A DNA stretch of 64,000 nt from the human T2T-CHM13v2.0 reference genome, Homo sapiens, in assembly GCF_009914755.1 (NCBI RefSeq), contig NC_060948.1; one strand, written 5' to 3'. This document shows positions 58,733 through 64,000 of the stretch, piece by piece; position 1 is the first letter of the stretch; each line of letters opens with the position of its first letter. The position numbers and the translations under genes are program-made. The notes beneath the pieces are model-generated. The model saw only the letters and a program-made list of their open reading frames with translations, was not told where the DNA came from and searched no databases.

Positions 58733-59040
58733 AACCAGGCGTGGTGGCTCACACCTGTAATCCCAGCAGTTTTGGAGGCCGAGGAGGTTGGATCTCTTCA
58801 GGTCAAGAGTTCGAAACCAGCCTGGCAAATATGGTGAAACACCATCTCTACTAAAAATACAAAAAAAAAAAAAAAAAAAAAAAAATGATGGGCACTTGTA
58901 ATCTCAGCTACTTGGGAGGCTGAGGCAGGAGAATCACTTGAATCCATGAGGCAGAGGTTGCACTGAGCAGAGATCACGTCCCTGCACTCCAGCATGAGTG
59001 ACAGAGCAAGCTTCTGTCTCAAAAAAAAATAAAATAAAAT
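58733..59040 (+). mobile_element. AluS with expanded middle poly-A
   Basis: Sense dimeric Alu with a ~25-nt A run at 58861-58885 and a short deletion after it. Confidence 0.94.
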
Positions 59041-59439
59041 GTAGAGACACACATATGATCTAGACATGTCCTGGTGGAGTAAAGTGTGTATGATCCTGTT
59101 CTGGGAAAGGAGAAGAACAGTCAGGACCTTGGATTATGTTTGTGGGATCCATTGGGACACTAATGAAGAGGCAGTCAGGTCTTGGCCTAGCAACACTGAG
59201 GCTTGCAGGGGGCTTCTGAAAGCAGCAAAACCGGCCCGTGACACTGAATGCTAGATGGGCCTGTAACAATGAAAGATCTGCCCAGAGATCTTAGCAATCT
59301 TACTAGGATGCCATGACTATGATTTGGATTGAAGACTCCGGGGCAGAGTAGCTGAGAGAGAACCTCAGCAAACACGAGCCTTGATGACTATGGCTGGGGC
59401 AATCTAAAATATCTTATCTCTTCTGTTTTATGAAGCAGA

Positions 59440-59930
59440 ACATAGAAAGGTAAATTAAAAAAAAAAAATCAAGAGAAATAAAATGTAAAAATAAATTTAA
59501 AGCAAGTGAAAAATAGTAAGGACAAATAAAATAAACCGAAATAGAGAAAAATAGAGAAATGTAATTAAGATAAGTGAAAATAAAATGAAGATAAACAATA
59601 AATACAAAAAATAAAAGAAATAAACAGAAATGAAATAATTTCCAATAAAAAGTTTCAGAATAAGGAGAAAAAATAAAAAAGAAATATGGATAAAAAATAA
59701 GATAATATGAAGGAATATGACTAGAAACAAATAACAGAAAAAATATAAAATTAAATAAACTGCTAAAAACAAGATACAAGTTGAAGTATATTTGAAATGA
59801 AGAGAATGTAATGAGAAAAAAGAAAAATAGAAATAAAATTAAATTAAATTAATAGATAAAATGAAAAATAAAGAGAAACAAAATAAAGATAAAGAGAATG
59901 CACAAAAATAAAAAGTTAAATAGAGAAATA
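59440..59930. repeat. A-rich low-complexity tract
   Basis: ~490 bp of AAAT/AAAG-type degenerate repeats, almost no C. Confidence 0.9.
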
Positions 59931-59934
59931 AGAC

Positions 59935-60830
59935 GTCAGGTTAATCTACAAAACATTTCACCCAACAACAGCATAATACATAATACTTCTAATTGTATAT
60001 GACACATTTTCTAAGATAGGCAAACTTGTGAGGTAGCATGCTAGTTTTAGCATATTTAAACTGATGGTAATCACAAAAAGTATTTTTTCTGACTACAATA
60101 AAATACAGCTGGAAGTTAAAACAAAACCATCATGTTTGCATATATTTGAAAACTGGACATATTCTTGAGCATACTATTTTTCAAGTGTTAGAACGTGCAA
60201 GTTTTTTAGATGTTAATGGTATACCAGGTGATCTATGGATCAATGAGATGTTTAAAAATGGTGATAGTTTTTGCAGAAGTACTAAATTATTCTAAAATGT
60301 TTGAGTCAATATTTACCTGTGTAACTCAGGCTGCAGTATAATATCATAATCATGACTTACTGTATCTTTGACCTCCAAAGCTCAGTTGATCCTCCTACCT
60401 CAGCCTCACAAGTGCTGAAACTGCAGGTGCATGTTGGCATGCTCAGAAAGTTTTTGTATTTTTTTTTTTTTTTTAGAGACAGGGTTTCACCATATTTCCC
60501 AGGCTGGTCTCAAACTCCTAGGCTCAAGCAACCCACCTACCTTGGCTTGGCTCCCCAAAGTTCTAGGATTACAGGAGTGAGCCAACACATATTGCCCTAT
60601 GATTTCTATAAATACTCAAAAAACCACAAGTAACCAAACAACCTGTAAAAAAATAAATAAACTCAGAGGAATAATAGTTTTGTATTTCAAAACATATTGC
60701 AAAGTTACATTAATCAAAACAGTGTGGTGCTGGCATAAAGACAGAAAAATAAATGTTGAAACCGATAAGAGAAGGCAAAAATAAATCCACATGCATATAC
60801 TCAGCTTATCATAAATGAGGGTTCCCAATC
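59935..60830 (+). mobile_element. Old L1 ORF2 fragments flanking an AluJ
   Basis: CTACAAAACATTTCACCCAACAACAGCA (endonuclease region). ORF 60599-60784 KLRGIIVLYFKTYCKVTLIKTVWCWHKDRKI resembles ORF2p [25 protein letters not shown]. Confidence 0.7.
60320..60597 (-). mobile_element. AluJ, diverged
   Basis: GATCCTCCTACCTCAGCCTC and CTCAAACTCCTAGGCTCAAGCAA are AluJ-type diagnostics. Confidence 0.88.
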
Positions 60831-60834
60831 CTCA

Positions 60835-62760
60835 TGTTGCAGAACTTTCTCCTTACTTCAGCAAAATTGAGTTCTTCTCACGTGACTAGGAAAGATTAGG
60901 CCCAGGGATACTCTGAAGGATGAAGGGTAGAGTTGATTGGGTAAAAAGAAGGAAAGAAAAACTGTCAACAGAGTGAGTGGGAGTCCTGTTTACAAGTCCC
61001 ACCTCCTGGGTAGATTAACACTAAACCATCACACAAGAACTGCAGAGGCCAGTCTCCTTCTCCCTGCACAAGGAGTGAAGTTTCCCTGGCTCCAATCACT
61101 TCCCCCAGTGTGGACATGGATACTATTCAGAGAGAATCAGTTGAAAAAAGGCAGGCTTCATCTGGGAGAAGCAGTCTGATTTTTCAGTCTTTATGCTGTT
61201 TTAGGCTTGAAGATGGGGTTTCACCCAGGACCATTGGCTGTTTTCTAACTCTGTTATTTCCCCATATAAAGAAGTACATCTAACTGCCATTAGAATGAGG
61301 AGAAGGATCAGGACCAACACCACTTTTAAGAGCTTCCTGTTGACAGGGGGCACTGTTTTGGAAAACCGGCAGTCAGATTTTCCTAAGAGGCCTACCTAAG
61401 TGTCTCCAGTGAAAGGGGCCTTGTCTGAGGCTCTGGTGGCATGAATTTGGTAACCTAAATGGGAGAAGAATCAAACTGGGTTATTAAAAATCATGTATTA
61501 AAATAAAGTAAAATAAAACAAGGGGAAGGTGGCAAGGACAGCTCAAAAATTCCAAGGTATTTTTCCAGTTTACATAGGAAGGAGAAGGACAAAAGCACAA
61601 CTTGAAAATTTTCTTTCACCCTTTTGCCAGCATGTCTGGCTTCTGTGTTCTTTTGCCCTGAGTCCAATCCTAAGTTAAGCCAACCAGTCTAAGGTTGGAG
61701 AATGCATCTGAGGTGACTGTCCCATAGTAAGAATACATGATTACCTGTCTGTAAAAAGAAGACAGAGGAGAAAACAAGGTAAAAAGTAAGCATTTTTTCA
61801 AAGGAGGCCCAAAATTTCAGGATGCATTTAAAAGGAATATAGACTGATAATGAATGGCTACTCATCTAGAAGGAGAGTGAAGACCATGTATCCCTGATTC
61901 CTTTATCTTTCTAGGAAATATCCAGTGTATGTTGAGGGATAGAAGAAAGAATGTTGTCTTTCCCCCTTGCATCCTTGTATCCCCGAGTTCCAGGGATTGT
62001 GATAGGTTGCAACCCATGGATGTCAAAGCAGCTTTCACTCATGTTAACAGGAAGGCCTGTTGGGGGTGGAAATATCTGCTCTTACCTACATATGTCCTAT
62101 CTTCCCTGCTCTCAGTAGTTCTGGAGTTCATTAGACTTCATTTATGCAACAGATACTATCATGGCCTTTATCCGTGAAATGTGAGGCTTGGCTTAATCCA
62201 CTGGAATTAGTCATGCTCACTTCCACGGTGAATTTTAACCACCATAATCATCTGCCTCTGGATTTCTCAGATCCAGTATTCTTTCTTAGGGCTTCAACCT
62301 GAGGCTTGGAATTGAGGTTGGGACAAAAATGTTCCTCAGGGGATTGCATGGACTCCTCATTAGCAGCTAAATGCTAAGATAAAGCTGTGGAATTGAGTCC
62401 TCTTTCCACAAGGAAGAGAAAAAAATGCTTGTGACAAACCCAGATAACTAGTGGCAATAGTTAACTTTGCCAAGATTTGGGGGGGCACCCTGTTTATTTT
62501 CATCACTGAAAAATTTGCAGGGTAATTGCCTAGAACTAGAATATTAAACCAGATTTTTCATCGCTCATCCCTTTTTGTTTCTTCTGAGCTGCGGTTGAAG
62601 ACTGCAAGCTTTTTCATAGGAATAAGCATGGTTGGTCTAAAATGTAGGCAAAAATTCAAACTTCATGGTTTTAAAATTTAATGACAAATGTATAAGTTTT
62701 GATACATGATCTTTCTCTATCCAGTCCTCTAATTTAAAAAAAAAAAATCATGAAGACCTG
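60835..62760 (-). mobile_element. ERV1 (MER4-group, MER61-like) 3' LTR (~60835-61256) plus adjacent internal fragment
   Basis: TGTTGCAGAACTTTCTCCTTACTTCAGC start and TTTTAGGCTTGAAGATGGGGTTTCACC near the other end recall the MER61 antisense sequence. TTTCCCC (antisense polypurine tract) follows the LTR. Family and distal boundary come from memory. Confidence 0.55.
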
Positions 62761-62899
62761 CCGGTGACAATATTTAATTTGTTTATTGATTTGTCATATT
62801 TTGCCTTAGCTGTGTTGAAGTACATATCATTTATACCTAATTTGTTCAGTTGTTTTTAATTACAAAGTCACGTAAAATTTTCCAAATACTTTTTGTTTA

Positions 62900-63940
62900 T
62901 CTAGAATAAAAAATAAAGATGTGTAGCAGTAAACTTAATTAAAAAGAGAAACACTCTCTACACTATAAATTATAAAATATTGATGAAAAAAGTAAAAAAA
63001 AAGATATTTTTGCTCATGAGTTATAAAAAATATTGCTAAAATGGCTATGCTACACAAGGAAATCTACAAATTCACTGCAAACTCTATAAAATGCCAAGAA
63101 CATTTTTGAACAAAAATGAAATTAAGAGGCATAAAATTTATGGGGAACCAAAAAAACACTCCCCAAATAGCTGTGAAAAAAGAACAAATCTGAAAATATC
63201 AAACTACCTGACTCCAAAACATACTGCAAAGCTATAACAAGCAAAACAGCATGATACTGGCATAGAAAACAGACACATAGACCAAAGTATCCAACGATCC
63301 CAGTAACAAAATTCATAAACCTAGAGCCAAGTAATTTTTAAGTTGCTTAGAACATACATTGAAGAAAAGACAATCTTTTCAACGAATGGTGCTAAGAAAA
63401 TGGATTATTTAAATACAGAGGAATACAACTAGTTGCCTACCTGTTACCATATTAAAACAATTTAAATAAAAATAAATAGAAGATTGAAATGTAAACTCAA
63501 ACTTATAAAACTATTTGAATAAGACATAGAGAAATTCTTTACTAAACAGGACAGGAAAAACATTTTAAATAAGATCTCAAAACCACAGGCAAGAAAAGCA
63601 AAAGCAGACAAATAAAATTAACAGAATCTAAAAAAAAAATTTACATAGCAAAAATAAATTAACAGAGTGAAAAGACAACTTACAGTGTGGGAGAATATAT
63701 TTGCAAAATATACATATCACAATGGAAAAACATAAAGATATATAAGAAACGTAACAGCAAAACTAACTCACAATTTAGCAATAGGCAAGATACACTATGT
63801 GACACTTCTCCAAAGAAGACATGCAAATGGCCAAGTACATGTGAAGATGCTCAACATTATCATTAGAAAAATGCAAATTAAAGCTACCACAAGATACCAA
63901 ATGACTCCAGTTAAAACGGCTACAATTATAAATAATACGT
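62900..63940 (+). mobile_element. Old L1 (L1M-like) ORF2 C-terminal fragment
   Basis: A-rich, with AAAACAGCATGATACTGGCATAGAAAACAGACACATAGACCAA, AACAGAGTGAAAAGACAAC and TTCTCCAAAGAAGACATGCAAATGGCCAA..GATGCTCAACATTATCATTAG. Confidence 0.85.
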
Positions 63941-64000
63941 GCCTGGCCGTTTCAACAGGAGGCATTGTGACATATCTCTGGTCACTTAAGTCTATCATTT
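63941..64000 (-). repeat. Beta-satellite-like sequence resumes
   Basis: GCCTGGCCGTTTCAACAGGAGGCATTGTGACATATCTCTG matches positions ~333-373 of the left array, in the same orientation. Confidence 0.85.

Noticed and set aside
59414-59779. Hydrophobic, membrane-protein-like ORFs
   Set aside because: Artefact of the T-rich complement of a low-complexity tract.

Overview
Primate (probably human or great-ape) non-coding genomic DNA. I see no intact protein-coding gene; almost all listed ORFs are chance frames in repeats. Bases 1 to ~42,330 are an old, diverged beta-satellite-like (BSR/Sau3A family) array with a layered organisation: ~70-bp monomers, ~1.3-1.7-kb sub-blocks, ~5-kb units, and an A/B pair of ~10 kb. 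It is interrupted by an HML-5-type LTR (LTR22-like) and two Alus and reshaped by several readable unequal-exchange or repair scars. Bases ~42,330-63,940 are a ~21.6-kb non-satellite island. It holds the last intron, zinc-finger exon and 3' region of a decayed ZNF736/ZNF727-like (ZNF91-clade) KRAB-ZNF gene with no KRAB exons, a 3'-truncated L1 carrying a MER11 solo LTR, many Alus, ERV remnants and old L1 fragments. The satellite resumes in the last ~60 bp. The arrangement resembles the ZNF736P-type pseudogene loci (chrY or 7q11-like), but that placement is inference. I found no convincing new biological system. The best signals are structural: the higher-order satellite architecture, a captured half-gene, and templated-insertion junctions. 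Coordinates and repeat subfamily names were read by eye or from memory and are approximate.
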